Origin: Octopus sinensis
Taxonomy: Eukaryota
Direction: 5' to 3'
Assembly (NCBI RefSeq): GCF_006345805.1
Contig: NC_042998.1
Coordinates: 6,076,001-6,140,000, forward strand
Length of the DNA stretch: 64,000 bases
Shown here: positions 13,019 through 26,088 of the stretch, piece after piece
Layout of the letters: each line of letters starts with the position of its first letter
Numbering within the stretch: position 1 is the stretch's first letter
The notes under the pieces: generated by a model
What the model was told of the DNA's origin: nothing
Database searches by the model: none
Seen by the model: only the letters and a program-made list of their open reading frames with translations
Program-made: the position numbers and the translations under genes

Positions 13019-13898
13019 TTTCACTGCTATTTTTAGTAGGTTGAATAACATGTGCTAACCTCTTTGTTGTCGCAATCTCCTGCAAGTTTAACAGTTTTTC
13101 GGAATACAACAAATGACATAAATTACAGATTATATTACGTAGACACTGAATAATGTTCACGTGATGATTATTTGCTTGTAAACAAGTCATGTCTATTATT
13201 AATTATCAACAAAGTCTCAGTACAATTCTGCAATTAATAAATATTTTGCATGTAAACAGAGTTTCTAGAATCAGACAAAAAGCAATAGGGCACCCACCAC
13301 CTTATACCATTCACTAAATACAACAATGCTACCACAAGATAACAAGTTATAGGATACCGAATAAAGGAATGGATTACTTATTACATGCCACAGCATGGAC
13401 AATGAAAAGTCGTGACACTGCATTGCTAAGTGCATTTCAGAGAGCATATAACAAGTGGGATATAAATACACACGACAGGCTTCTGCACAATTTTCATCTA
13501 CGGCATTTAACCAAAAGGATTTGGTTAGGCAGCAGTTATACTAGATAATATGGCCAAATGTGAGGTGTATTCTACCACAGTGAATACACCGGCTCTTATT
13601 CTACTATACTATATCATCATCATCATCATTCCATACTGGTATGGCTTGGATAGGTTGACAGGATTTAGCAAGGCCAGGGGCCAAACTAGGTTCCATAATC
13701 TGTTTTGGCTTGGTTTTTACAGTCCTAACATGAGCCACTTTACAGACTGTACTGGGTACCGTTTATGTGGCACCGTCACCAGTGCTTTTTACATGACACC
13801 AGTGCCAGTGTTTTTTATGTGGAACCAGCACCAGTGCTTCTTACGGGGCACCAACACCCACACTAATAGTTTTAAAGTAGCATCTTGATTTATATATA

Positions 13899-14126
13899 TA
13901 TTTCTTTACTACCCACAAGAGGCTAAACACAGAGGGGACAAACAAGGACAGACAAAGGGATTAAGCCGATTACATCGACCCCAGTACGTAACTGGTACTT
14001 AATTCATCGACCGCGAAAGGATGAAAGGCAAAGTCGACCTTGGCGGAATTTGAACTCGGAACGTAACAACAGACGAAATACGGCTACGCATTTCGCCCGG
14101 CGTGCTAACGTTTCTGCCAGCTCACC
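13899..14126 (-). mobile_element. SINE family C
   Basis: Family match; TSD tcttgatttatatatata. Confidence 0.9.
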
Positions 14127-14249
14127 TCTTGATTTATATATATATATATTGTCTTCTACTATACTATAATTAAGGATGGACTCAAAACCACATAGTTGGG
14201 AAGTAAATTTCTTAACCACATAATTATACCAACACCTATTGGAGTTTAA

Positions 14250-14471
14250 CCCTTTTGTTACCAACCCAGCTGAAACCAGCTCTGGCTCTGTAGTAGAAAT
14301 GTCTTGTTTTCAGAAATTTTGAATTAAAATCTTCCGCCAAAACTTAGTCACAATCAATTGTCTCTGACACTAGCTGAATGATAACTAAGTTATTTTACTA
14401 AATTCTTTGTTATATCTAAAATAATTGAGAAAAACACAGAGCATCTCAAAATGAATACAGTAACGAAAGGG
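14250..14471. mobile_element. piggyBac-like MITE family D1
   Basis: TTAA|CCCTTT ... AAAGGG|TTAA, ~220 bp; four full copies in the window. Confidence 0.88.
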
Positions 14472-14879
14472 TTAAATTTCTGGAGAACATTCACTGAAAT
14501 TTGTTTTATGAGACTCAATAATTAGGCTGATCCTGAAACTTGAGATTATCCAGATGGTATATTTGGTGTGTACAAAGAGACGTACAAGAGCCAAAGTTGA
14601 GCTTAGCACTTCATGTAGATTATCACCATCCAATCAGCTAGTACAGTGGTGTGGTTACTACTGTACGTGATAGTATGACTATTTATGATATACGGAGCAA
14701 ACGCAGGAGGAATTATGATAAAAACAAGTTAATGCCATTTGTTACTACTTCTGTTTCCCAATTGTGGTTGTCTGGATTCTAAGTGTAATTGGATGTAATT
14801 AACCATGATCAATCACCAGGGTTACTCTTTATGACAATACGACTTCGCTCACATAGCTTAGTGGTTAGAGTATTAGTCA

Positions 14880-14882
14880 TGC

Positions 14883-14918
<36 letters not shown>

Positions 14919-14926
14919 GTGTGTGT

Positions 14927-14979
<53 letters not shown>

Positions 14980-14984
14980 TGTAC

Positions 14985-15020
<36 letters not shown>
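14880..15020. repeat. (AT)n microsatellite
   Basis: Direct reading. Confidence 0.95.
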
Positions 15021-15022
<2 letters not shown>

Positions 15023-15059
15023 GCATTACTGAGCTGTTCATCCATTTCCTTCCTTCTCA

Positions 15060-15340
15060 GAGCACCCACTACACTCTCAGAGTGGTTGGCATTAGGAAGG
15101 GCATCCAGCTGTAGAAACTCTGCCAAATCAAGATTGGAGCCTGGCGCAGGCTGGACGAAATGCTTAGCAGTATTTTGTCCGTCTTTACGTTCTGAGTTCA
15201 AATTCCGCCGAGGTGGGCTTTACCTTTCATCTTTCCGGGTGTCGATAAAATAAGTACCAGTTGAACACAGGGGTCGATGTAATCGACTCATTCCTTCCCC
15301 CAAAATTGTAGCCCTTGTGGTAAAATTTTAAAAAACCATA
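15060..15340 (+). mobile_element. Chimera of family B (RTE 3' UTR) and SINE family C
   Basis: B sequence to gcctggcgca, then ggctggacgaaatgcttagc (C head, body and tail). Confidence 0.8.
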
Positions 15341-16018
15341 GAGTACTATGAGAAGCAACTGTCGCTAGATTTTTTTTTCCAGATGGATTCCCAAGCCTGA
15401 CCAACTCATTCATGGCCTACCCCTAAGTATCCAGCCAATTGGCTCAGCTTGAACAATCCATTTTGTGATTCATTCTTGTGACATACTAATCACATGCTTG
15501 TGGTACTAATGGTTGTGACATGACTTCTCAATGCTTTACTGACCTATCTTCATTCTAACATTACACACCCAATAATTCACCATATTTTCTTCAGACTCTT
15601 CTATTTATATCTATGATAATTACAGCAGTACCAATTAAATAAAGGTAGGAAATACAGAAATTATTTCAAGTGATCCATCATTGTAAACCATACAACATAA
15701 AAACAGTCAACTTTGTTGGTGATTATAAGATATGTTTATAATGTTGCTAACCATCCAAACTTCTCAGTTATTTTGTTATATGTTTACAACTGATGTTACT
15801 TGGAGGGGGAATAATTGCCTGTTTCTACATAACGCAAAGGCATTCACTTCCCAAACAAACGTTTCTGAGTTCAGTCCCACAGCGCAGCAGTAGATATTTT
15901 CAGTAGCCTTCATCCAACCAAAACCTTGTGAGTGGATTTATAAGCCAAAAGCTGAAAGAAGTCTACCAAAAATGTATGCATATACATACATACTCATGCA
16001 TGCGCACACACAAACACA

Positions 16019-16231
16019 AAGGGTGCTGAAAAGTTCCTGACTTTAAGGGCATTGCAAAAGGCCTGGTTGGAGGCTCAACCTTCTGAGTTCTTTTTACATG
16101 GCTTAGAAAAACTGAAGGGCCATTGCAGCAAGTGTGTGAATTAGAGAGGGGAATATGATGAATAAAATCATAATTAACTGATCCTCCTATATTTTCTTTT
16201 ACCCAAAGCTAGGAACTCTTCAGCACCCCTT
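16019..16231. mobile_element. Mariner-derived MITE family E
   Basis: TIRs gggtgctgaaaagttcctg / ctaggaactcttcagcacccct; interior resembles a mariner transposase C-terminus (KCV.LRGEY). Confidence 0.8.
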
Positions 16232-17403
16232 TGTGTGTGAGTGTGTGTATGTATGTATGTATGCATGTATTATATATATATATATATACACACACACATA
16301 CATACACACACACACATATATATATATATACACAAGCACATGCATGTTTATATATGTATACATACGTACAAAAACACATGTGTTATGTGTGCATTTGTTT
16401 ACTCATTAAATCATTCAGTGGCCCCCACCCTTCAAAGATGTGCTGAACATGAGTTCCCTGGCTTGCATAGCAGGTAATGATTAGTGCCAGAACGAATATT
16501 TGTCTACAAAAACAATAATATATCTGTCTAACTCATGCTAGCATTGAAAAATGGACATGAAAAAAAAAAAAAGAATGAAAGAAAACCTTCTTTACACACA
16601 GAACTAAACACTTATTTTGATAAATTTTAACCAGGACCATTAAATTTCTTTCACCACATGTAATCTTTTGTCCAGCACAAAATCATCCAAAAGCTATATG
16701 TACAGGATTATCTCCAGGAAATAAAGTTGATTTTTCAGTCTCTTACACAAATACCATTTCTTAACGCTTTCATTTGAAACATCAATGACAAACGCTTTAT
16801 TCTTTGATTAGTTTCAGCTTGAGGGCATTAGACTTGCAAGACCAAAACAGAAGGGTTTTGATGTGAATAACGTCCAACAAGCTGAAACGCTCTACAATGG
16901 AACTGCTAACGAGTGGGGGGAAGGGTTATTCTGCTTCCTTCCTTTTCTCTCTCTCTCTCACCTCCTTCTTCTTCTTCCTCCCCATTTCATTCTCGAATAA
17001 CAGCAGGAAATTGTAAATGCATTAATAATTTAGCCATGAGGCTAGAAGGACTAGTATCAAACTTAATGACTTGCAGTATTTAGTTTCATCCTGCTATTTT
17101 CCAATTGCAAATCGCAGCAAAGATCCAGTCAACCAATGATCAATAAAATAGTTATCAGTAACATACTAAATATGAATCTATCAACTGTAACCATCCTCAA
17201 TTATAAAATCTAGGCCTTGTGCCCTGTCAAAAGAAATCAATGCATCCCAATATTTGATGATGACCTTGACGATAAACTCATTTTTACAGCCAGTTCTGTC
17301 AATGCTGCACCTACAAACAACACCATTATGAACACTGCTATCACCATGACTAACTTTATAATAAGTCATTAGTGTCAAAGTCTAGCTAATGAGAGAGACT
17401 ACA

Positions 17404-17822
17404 TGAAGGGGTGCTGAAAAATTCCTGGCTTTAAGGGTATCGCCAAAGGCCTTCTGAGTTCTTTTACAGAGTTTAGAAAAAAACTGGAGTGTCATTATAA
17501 GTGTGTGCATCTGACAGGGGAATGTCATCATCATCATCATTATCGTTTAACGTCCGCTTTCCATGCTAGCATGGGTTGGACGATTTTGACTGAGGGCTGG
17601 CAAACCAGATAGCTGCACCAGGCTCCAATCTGATCTGGCAGAGTTTCTACAGCTGGATGCTCTTCCTAACGCCAACCACTCCGAGAGTGTAGTGGGTACT
17701 TTTTACGTGCCATTGGCACAGGGGCCAGTCAGGCGGTACTGGAAATGACCTCAAATCATAATTAACTGATCCTCCTGTATTTTTTTTTACTCAAATCCAG
17801 GAACCTTTTCAGCACCATCTTG
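17404..17822. mobile_element. Mariner-derived MITE family E interrupted by a family B insertion (17526-17752, -)
   Basis: Both TIRs present; halves collinear with 16019-16231. Confidence 0.85.
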
Positions 17823-18912
17823 TAATACACAAAGCAACACAAGGAAGCAAGGAAAAAGGCACTGCTATGGATTTAAGAGAAGAACTTGTAACTAAATACT
17901 TCCGTGTCCCATCTGCAAGCGAGCCAAGAATTGCAATGTGCAAATTGTCAAAGGATCCACAAATGAAAATCTCTATCATCAAATTTGATGGACAACCATA
18001 AGCAAGGAAATACATATGTACACATGCATCCATGCATTCATGTGCAGACAATATGTGCAGGTGTGATTCTCAAGTTGGTTGTTGCTAATTTCAAAGAGAT
18101 TTTCATGCAATAGTTTCCAATATAATCCACTGGGCATAACACATAAATTGCAGGATTTCGTTTCTGTCACTGGTTTTGCCATTGAATAATCTCGGTGTTT
18201 CCACTCCCTAACTCCCATAGGGGCTTACCCAGGTACTAGAAAATAGGCTAAGAGAGACTGGATGACAACAAGTTTTTAATGAGAGGACATGTGCTCCACC
18301 AGAACATTGTCAAAGTTATGTTGACAGTGATATGTTATGCAATGAGAGAGAGAGATGGAGGAAGGAGGAGGCGAGAGAAAAATAAGGAGAAGAGACAAGC
18401 TGAGAGGGAAAACGGTGAATATTATAGGATGCAAGATAATGATGTTGCCAACAGTGAAGAAATAGCATTAAAAAATCAACAAATGTATGTATATATATAC
18501 ACACAGTTAAGTGCATGCTTCCATGATTGATTTAATGAATCAGTAATAATTTTAGCACATTTAGAACTATAACTGTAATTAGAAGGAAAGTCATTAGTGT
18601 TAATGGAAATTAGCCTCACTAGAAACGAAAAAGGTAGAAGAATCCTAAAATTTAACTCAGCCAAATATGAAATAAAGACACACTGGTAGCATGTGCACCA
18701 GAGCATAGATACATTTATATATCCATACATTTAATTATCAATTTTTCCGTATCCATATATGGATATGGAATGGGTCTTGTCCATTATAGCGTCTCACCAT
18801 ATGTGGCTAGAAAGAGAGAGTGAGTCGTTTTCATCACTTATTCACATGTCCTCCATGGTCTTTTACCTTATGCCAGTTCTAGTCACAGAGGATTGTACTT
18901 GCTCTTATTTAA

Positions 18913-19005
18913 TCCTTTAGCATTTAAACCAGACACATCAGGCCAAAATATTATCCACATTTTATATTCAAACTAACCAGATCTAGCCTACCACACGTAT
19001 CACCA
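18913..19005. mobile_element. piggyBac-like MITE family D2, left fragment
   Basis: ttaa-tcctttagcatttaaacc... matches the ends of 27249 and 42566-42791. Confidence 0.6.
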
Positions 19006-19070
19006 AGCAGGCCTTTTGAAAAGAATTTATTTTGTTGATAGTTTTACTGTAAACAACTCCTGTGCATCTG

Positions 19071-19300
19071 CATCATCATCATCATTGTTCGACCGTGGTC
19101 GAGAGAATGGAATTTACCATGCTACGCCAGACTTCACAGTCCATCATGGCATTATGGAGGTCCTGTTGCTGGATGCCTGTATCCCTGGAGATTACATCAG
19201 GGTAGGAGAGTGTGCGCCCTCTGGTATTGTGAGTAGATGGCTTCCAGAGGAGAAGAGTAGAAATTACCTCTTTTTCAGCTCTACAACAATGTCCAACAAT
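19071..19300 (-). mobile_element. RTE-clade LINE 3' fragment, second lineage
   Basis: VGHCCRAEKEVISTLLLWKP..RGRTLSYPDVISRDTG...MMDCEVWRSMV resembles the RTE ORF C-terminus; (TGA)n tail. Confidence 0.75.
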
Positions 19301-19796
19301 GTGCATCTGCAGTCTTACTGCATCTCTTGTGCACCCACAGTTCACATATATTCTGTACAAGCAAACCAGGCTACTGGACTCTTTCCACCAAAGTGAGTAC
19401 AGCCATTCCACAAATGACAATAGAGCCCAGGCTCCTTCCATTCAAAGTAAAACTTTTGTCTTTGCTAAGTTTACTCAGAAGCTGTTCAATCCGCACACCA
19501 CCACACATATATATGAAGAAAGAAATGAGAAGTATTATGCACACAGAGTTCAAGAACTTTGACAGCTCTAGTGTAATTATTGACCAGCCACCAAGAAAGA
19601 CAACTTGGAAACTACTAGAGCTTAATTTATAATGGGTTAAACACAATGTTTCCTCATGGTTTCTTTTCAGCCATTTGTGCACATATATGAGAATAGGTGT
19701 ATACACATGTGCATGCCTGATTGGTCAAATATATATGCATATACAGACATTTCTATTGAAAGATTGATATGTACATGTGTGTATGAATGCTTGTAT

Positions 19797-19797
<1 letters not shown>

Positions 19798-19828
<31 letters not shown>

Positions 19829-19863
19829 TTAACGTCCGCTTTCCATGCTAGCATGGGTTGGAC
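19798..19863 (-). mobile_element. Family B, extreme 3' stub within (TA)n
   Basis: catcatcat-ttaacgtccgctttccatgctagcatgggttggac. Confidence 0.85.
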
Positions 19864-21199
19864 TATATATATATGTATATACATATATATGTATATATAT
19901 ATACACGCACACACATGTCTACCTATATATGCACACATACACACATACATACATGAAGATACACAAACAGACATACTTCATATACAAATACACACCTCCA
20001 TATATATATACAAGCATACATGCACCTGCATACATATACAAGTACATACATAATCACATATAGATATATGTGTTTATATATATATGTATATATATATAAT
20101 CACATTCAAAATTTATACACATACAAATATTCACATCAATATCTGAGTATATATACACAGATATATACAGATAGATTTACCTACTAATATGTATATGATG
20201 TATAGGTGGCCTTACACCTCTACCTGCAAATATATGTTTGCACATATGTCTAACCAACGAAGAGGGGAATTATCTGAAGATTTCAAGCATAAAAGAAAAC
20301 CTTGCAATGAAAGAGAAAATTGCAAGATGCAATATGCCATAATTGTTTGAATTTTGCTTCTCTAGTTATCAATGCAACAATAAAGCTGGCAAAGAAAAAC
20401 CCGCAGGCAAAAGAGAAATTAAAAAGCACAGTTTGATACCAATAACATAGCTTTTCAACCATAATTTGGTAAACATGAATACAAGCCCAGTTATGCATGT
20501 GTGTGTGTCTGTGTATGTGCGTGGTTCTTCATGTATCCTTTCCAATTCATGTGGACGGACACATTATACATAAAATGCAATGACCATATATTTACAAAGA
20601 GACATATAAAAGAAAGGGACAATTGGATAAAAAAGGGGTCTTGATCACTGTTAGTCTTGTAAAAGTGGAATCTATTTCCAATCTCCAGCGAGTAGTAATC
20701 ATTTGAAAAATAAGAATAAAAATAAAAATACAATTTTTCTTTTTATTTTACCCAAACCAATGACTTTTGAAATGTTGAGGATATTACCTCTAAAAGAGAC
20801 ATCTAGTAAATGATCAGACAAATATATGAGGCAGCTTATTGAATCAAAAATATTGATTGGTTATGCCAACGTTAAAATGAAGCCATGGATCAAATCACAC
20901 AGAACTAACTATTAGTTATATGTGATAGTCTTCTAATTTGATAAGAATTACCTAATTTGAAATACAAATGAGTTCCTGCATTGTGAGTATTTATTTAAAT
21001 TGGTGCCAACCTGAAAGCAACGAATACACATGCTAAATGATGATTAATGATTTAAATAAGGAAAAAAAAAGAAAAAGAAGGAAATTGATATAATAGATCA
21101 ATATATATTAATAATACAACAGTAGCTCAAACCTTGTAACAAGACCACACGTGAAACAAAAGAACATTCTCATTACTAATGTAATAACGATGAGCATAA

Positions 21200-21200
21200 C

Positions 21201-21262
<62 letters not shown>
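21200..21262. repeat. (AAT)n microsatellite
   Basis: Direct reading. Confidence 0.95.
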
Positions 21263-21638
21263 GCAGTAAATTTCCTGCTAATGGAAATTGAAAAAATGTG
21301 GCATCTCAAGGCGACTACGGTACCAGTGATTGTAGGATCTCTAGGAATGATAAAAAAAGGTACTGAAACCTATTTGAAAATGATTCCAGGCTTACCATCC
21401 CTAAAGGAAGTGCAAAAAATCGTATTAACTGAAACGGCTCATGTACTGAGAAGAGCACTATTGCTGTGAATATAACATCCATCCATGAATTTATTTATTT
21501 ATTAATTTTTAAATACATCTTTTATCTGTGGATTTGCGCGTGTAATCTGGGAATGCATACAATGTGCTTCTCTGCTCTAGGTGTATGGAAAACACTCGGC
21601 GAGAAACGGAAGAAAATTTGAAGAAAGAAGGAAAAAAC

Positions 21639-21639
<1 letters not shown>
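21263..21639 (+). mobile_element. 3' fragment of an RLE-type non-LTR retrotransposon (R4/Dong-like), embedded in (TAA)n
   Basis: ORF 21281-21469 EIEKMWHLKATTVPVIVGSLGMIKK...QKIVLTETAHVLRRAL is the typical post-endonuclease C-terminus; (AAT)n on both sides. Confidence 0.78.
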
Positions 21640-21672
<33 letters not shown>

Positions 21673-22011
21673 GTGGGGGAGCATCATAGCCATGTGTTGA
21701 GAGGGGTTCTTTGGGGTTTGAATAATTCACCTCTGGAAACACGGGTGTTTCGTTCACCATCCTTAAACAACCCTTATTCAGGGACCTTTTGAGCGGGATG
21801 GGCTACTCGACCAGAAGAAAATTCTAACTTGGCCCCACCTGCAAGGTCATGTACTGTTTATCTTGATATGAGATCACCATGTCGCACACACATATGGTTG
21901 TGATGCATGTGCCTGGTGTACCCTTATCAGACGGGTAGTCATGATGGGTATACTGGGCTTCGTATATTTTACCCCAGTGTCACTTTGATGGCATGCACTG
22001 CTCTCTCACTC
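21673..22011 (+). mobile_element. Family F: unclassified (AAT)n-tailed retroposed element, 5'-truncated
   Basis: Highly similar to 58339-58886, with an identical right end ctctctcactc-aataat. Confidence 0.75.
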
Positions 22012-22043
<32 letters not shown>

Positions 22044-22044
22044 T

Positions 22045-22255
22045 AATCCTTTCTACAATAGGCATAAGGCCTGAAATTTGGGGGAGGGGGATAGTCAATT
22101 ACATCGACCCCAGTACTCAACTGGTACTTAATTTATCAATCCTGAAAGGGTGAAAGGTAAAGTTGATCTCGGCAGAACTCATAACACAGCGACAAGCAAA
22201 ATACTGCTAAGTATTTCGTCCAGCATGCTAACAATTCTGCCAGCTCACCACCTTA
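22045..22255 (-). mobile_element. SINE family C, alternative-tail variant
   Basis: C head and body with tail ...caaatttcaggccttatgcctattgtagaaagg. Confidence 0.8.
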
Positions 22256-22564
22256 ATAATAATAATGATGATGATGATGATGATGACGACAACGACGACG
22301 ATAAAAAAAGCTTATAAGAACCATGATGTGCTAAAAGATATATTAAACAGAAATGGTTTATACAATAAAAGCTGTATACAGAAACAAACTTTTTGAGAGT
22401 AAGAGATAGATATTAATTCGTAAATGTTATTGAATTTCAACATTTCGATTTGTGCTAACTTTAGAACATTTCCCAATAAAACTGTTGTGAATTATAACAA
22501 AATTGAGCTACATTTCAACAACCAAATTAATAATACCTCCCCATAAACACATACATATACTGAC

Positions 22565-22790
22565 TCTCCATTGGTTATGACAACAAGGGTTCCAGTTGGT
22601 CCAACCAATGGAACAGCTGTCTAGTCAAATTAACATGAAAGTGGCTGAGCACTCCACAGACATGTGTAGCCATAATATGTGAGTCTCAAGGAGACTCAGC
22701 ACAACACAGACTGTAACAAGGCTGACCCTCTGTAATACAGGTTCAACTCATTTTTGCCAGCTGAGTGGACTGGAGCAATGTAAAATTTTC
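22565..22790 (-). mobile_element. SINE family H, 3' part
   Basis: Similar to 38248-38445 and 33540-33730. Confidence 0.7.
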
Positions 22791-23619
22791 ACCTCAGAAT
22801 GCAGAGGATGGCTACACAGAAAACTGCAGCAGGTTTCACTGTCTGTTTTGGTATGGATTTTACAGCTGCATGGTCTTCCAAACACCAACCAACTTACAGA
22901 GTGGACTGAATGCCCAACCCAGCACTGATGGCTTTACCAAATAACTTGCAAGACGAATATTCTTTGAGAGAGGCGGGGGCTTTGGAGGAGGTGGCCTTGT
23001 GCCAGGTGATGAGACATAAGAGCGCGACAGAGGGAAAGAAACAGGTGTTTTGCTGGAGAGGAAATACTATGGTGACATAGTGTCAGAGGGAGAGAGAGAG
23101 CAATATAAATGTCTGTGAGTATGTGTCTTTCTGTCTGTCCCTAACACTGCTTGACAACTGGTGTTGGTCTTTATTTATGAACTCATAACTTAATGGTTCA
23201 GCAAAAGAAACTGATAAAATATAACAAAAAAACAAGCACCGGGATTGATCTGTTTGGGTAAAATTCTTCAAGGCTGTGTCTCAGAATGGTAGCAGTCTTA
23301 TGACTAAAAGAAGTAGAAGGTAACAGATATCATTTGAAACCAGCAAAGGAAAGTGGCCTGGCTGGAGCATCTTTTATCATAAGTGGCATCTGCATCCCAG
23401 CCAAATAGTTCCAGGTTTCTTGAGCAAGTGTCTTCCACTACAACTACAGGCCAACAACAGCCTTGTGAATGGCTTTGCTACACAGAAACTGAAGTGCGAA
23501 AGAGTGTGTGCATAGGTGTGTGTGTGACTATGTATATGTATATATCTCAACCATGGGGTTGCACAATACTACCTGGTCAAAAAGCATTGTTAGTTTCTTC
23601 ATAACAGTACTCTTTTTAG

Positions 23620-23960
23620 AATAAGCTTATGGCATATTCCTAGAAATTTTATTTTTCTCGTCCTTTTCAAGCCTAGCCAGGCTCATGGGCCTGGTTTCCC
23701 GGTTTCTGTGGCGTATGCGTTCCCCCCTGCTGGACGGGATGCCAGTCCATCGCAGCGTTACTCGAGTAATAGGAAGAGAGAGTGAGAGAAAGTTGTGGCG
23801 AAAGAGTACAACAGGGGTCGCCACCACCCCCTGCCGGAGCCTCGGAGAGCTTTAGGTATTTTTGCTCAATAAACACATACAACACCCGGTCTGAGAATCG
23901 AAACCGCGATCCTCAAACCACGAGTCTGCTGCCCTAACCACTGGGCCATTGCGCCTCCAC
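23620..23960 (-). mobile_element. SINE family G with a different 3' module (gcgatggactggcatcccgtccag, V-domain-like)
   Basis: Same tRNA head and body as 2229-2420; different tail. Confidence 0.85.
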
Positions 23961-24318
23961 ACATTCCTAGAAATAGTGTCCCTTAATTCCCCATCATATC
24001 TTTCTACAGATGTAGTTAGGTGATAGGATATCAGTACATGCTCTCTATTATATGTATTTAGCCCTGCTAAAGCCGGAAATGGTAACAAAGAAAATGCTGA
24101 TGTAAATGAGAAGTATCAAGTATCTCAACAGACCAGATATAACAATCTAATTATTTAGCTATGCATTACTGAAATACAGGAATTATATGTTTGTAAGTGT
24201 TTATATATACTTCCGTATATGTGTGTGTATATCTGTATGTGTATATAATATATATATATATATATGTGTGTGTGTATATATATAGATACACACATACACA
24301 CACACACATATATATATT

Positions 24319-24371
<53 letters not shown>

Positions 24372-24399
24372 ACATACCCATAACCCATATTTACATATA

Positions 24400-25745
24400 T
24401 CTTAATATATAAAATCCGTTCTGTCTGTCTGTTTGTGTACTTATAACTTGAGTATTGTTCATCTGATCGTGCTGAAATTTTAAACATGGATACATGAGAG
24501 AGCGGGGCATTCCGTAATCTTAAAAGATTTTCAAAATTGTTAGTTTCAAAGTGAGAATTGCTATTTTTGTAATCTTTAATGTCCTGTTTGTTCCACGATT
24601 ATAACAACCAGCTGCTCAGACAGCCGGCACATACCATTTTGCCAGCAACAAGGGGAGAACAAAATGACAGTCAGCCAAAACCATCACTATGCTGTCTCTC
24701 TTCTTTCCTCTCTGTGGCATTAATAATCTTGATCTTTAGTTACAGTTTCTCATTCAAACTCCATAATAGGCAGAATTGTCGGATTAAGATAGTAGGGTGT
24801 TTTGAGGGAGATTTGGCTTCCATTTCTACCGGGTCTGTATTGTTATATATTATATATTCCTTTATGCTTTTCATAACCGAGTTACAGATTTTGACGTATG
24901 GGGTATCAGAAGATTCATTATTAATTTGGCTACAAATTAATTTCCATTCACATATTTGCATTTCAAAAATTTAACTTAATCTTTTCCATAAATCAACTAT
25001 CGTAAAAATTATATACGATGACGTTACATTTTCTATATGTGTGTGTACCTTAAAGGACATCAATCATCACAACACACTCCTTCACTCACTCACTCTATCT
25101 CTCTTTCTCACCCGCTTACTCTCTCACATACACACGTGCAAGCACGCACACACACACGCACATCCATTTCATATAGACATACATACATCTTTCACTTTCT
25201 TTCTCTGTTCTTTTCGCTTTCTATTCATTCAATTTCTGCTTTCTTCAAATAAAATTTTTACAGATAAAACTGCTTACAAATATAGGGCTTAATGTATAAT
25301 TTCTTTCTATGTTCATAATTTTTTTGTTTACAATATTGGGAAAAATATGCCACCAAAGAAAAAACATAATCTCTCCAGAAACAAGTATAAAGCAAAGAGG
25401 ATTATAGAAAACCAAAGGCGAGAATTTGAAGAAGGAAGCTAGATGAGATTTTCTCAAGATCAGCAAATGCATGTTGCAGTGCTTAATGCTGGATCATTAA
25501 ACCAATGTTTTAATGATTAGACAGAGGTCCAATAGAATAGCTCTCAGAAACAGACTATGTACAAATTCGTTCTTCACAACTCCTGATGCTATTTTCAGAT
25601 ATGATCCATCCCAAATTCTTATAAAAATAACAAGTCTGTCCAAATTGGTGTGCTAAACACAAATTGTCTTTTCTGTAGAGCTTTAAAATTTTCAAATGAA
25701 ATAAATGGTGTTGTGTTTATGTCAAGAAGTCAAAGGTACAAAGAG
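24400..25745 (+). mobile_element. 5' portion of a decayed autonomous-type Helitron
   Basis: A|TC start tcttaatatataaaatccgttctgtctgtctg; ATG 25347 MPPKKKHNLSR; then FRYDP...VQIGVLNTNCLFCRALKFSNEINGV, the Cys-rich N-terminal motif of Helitron Rep/helicase. Confidence 0.75.
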
Positions 25746-25766
25746 ACACACAGATATGTATGTATA

Positions 25767-26088
25767 TCATCATCATCATCATCATCATTTAGCGTCCGCC
25801 CTCCATGCTAGCATGGGTTGGACGGTTCAACTGGGGTCTGGGAATCCAGAAGGCTGCACCAGGCCCGGTCTGATCTGGCAGTGTTTCTACAGCTGGATGC
25901 CCTTCCTAATGCCAACCACTCCGTGAGTGTAGTGGGTGCTTTTTACGTGCCACCCGCACAGGTGCCAGGCAAGGCTGGCAAACGACCACGGACGGATGGT
26001 GCTTTTTATGTGACTCCGGCACAGGGGCCAGGCGAGGCTGGCAACGGCCACAATCAGATGGTGCCTTTTACGTGCCACCGGCACGGGG
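25767..26088 (-). mobile_element. Family B (RTE 3' end) within (TA)n
   Basis: Family match. Confidence 0.85.
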
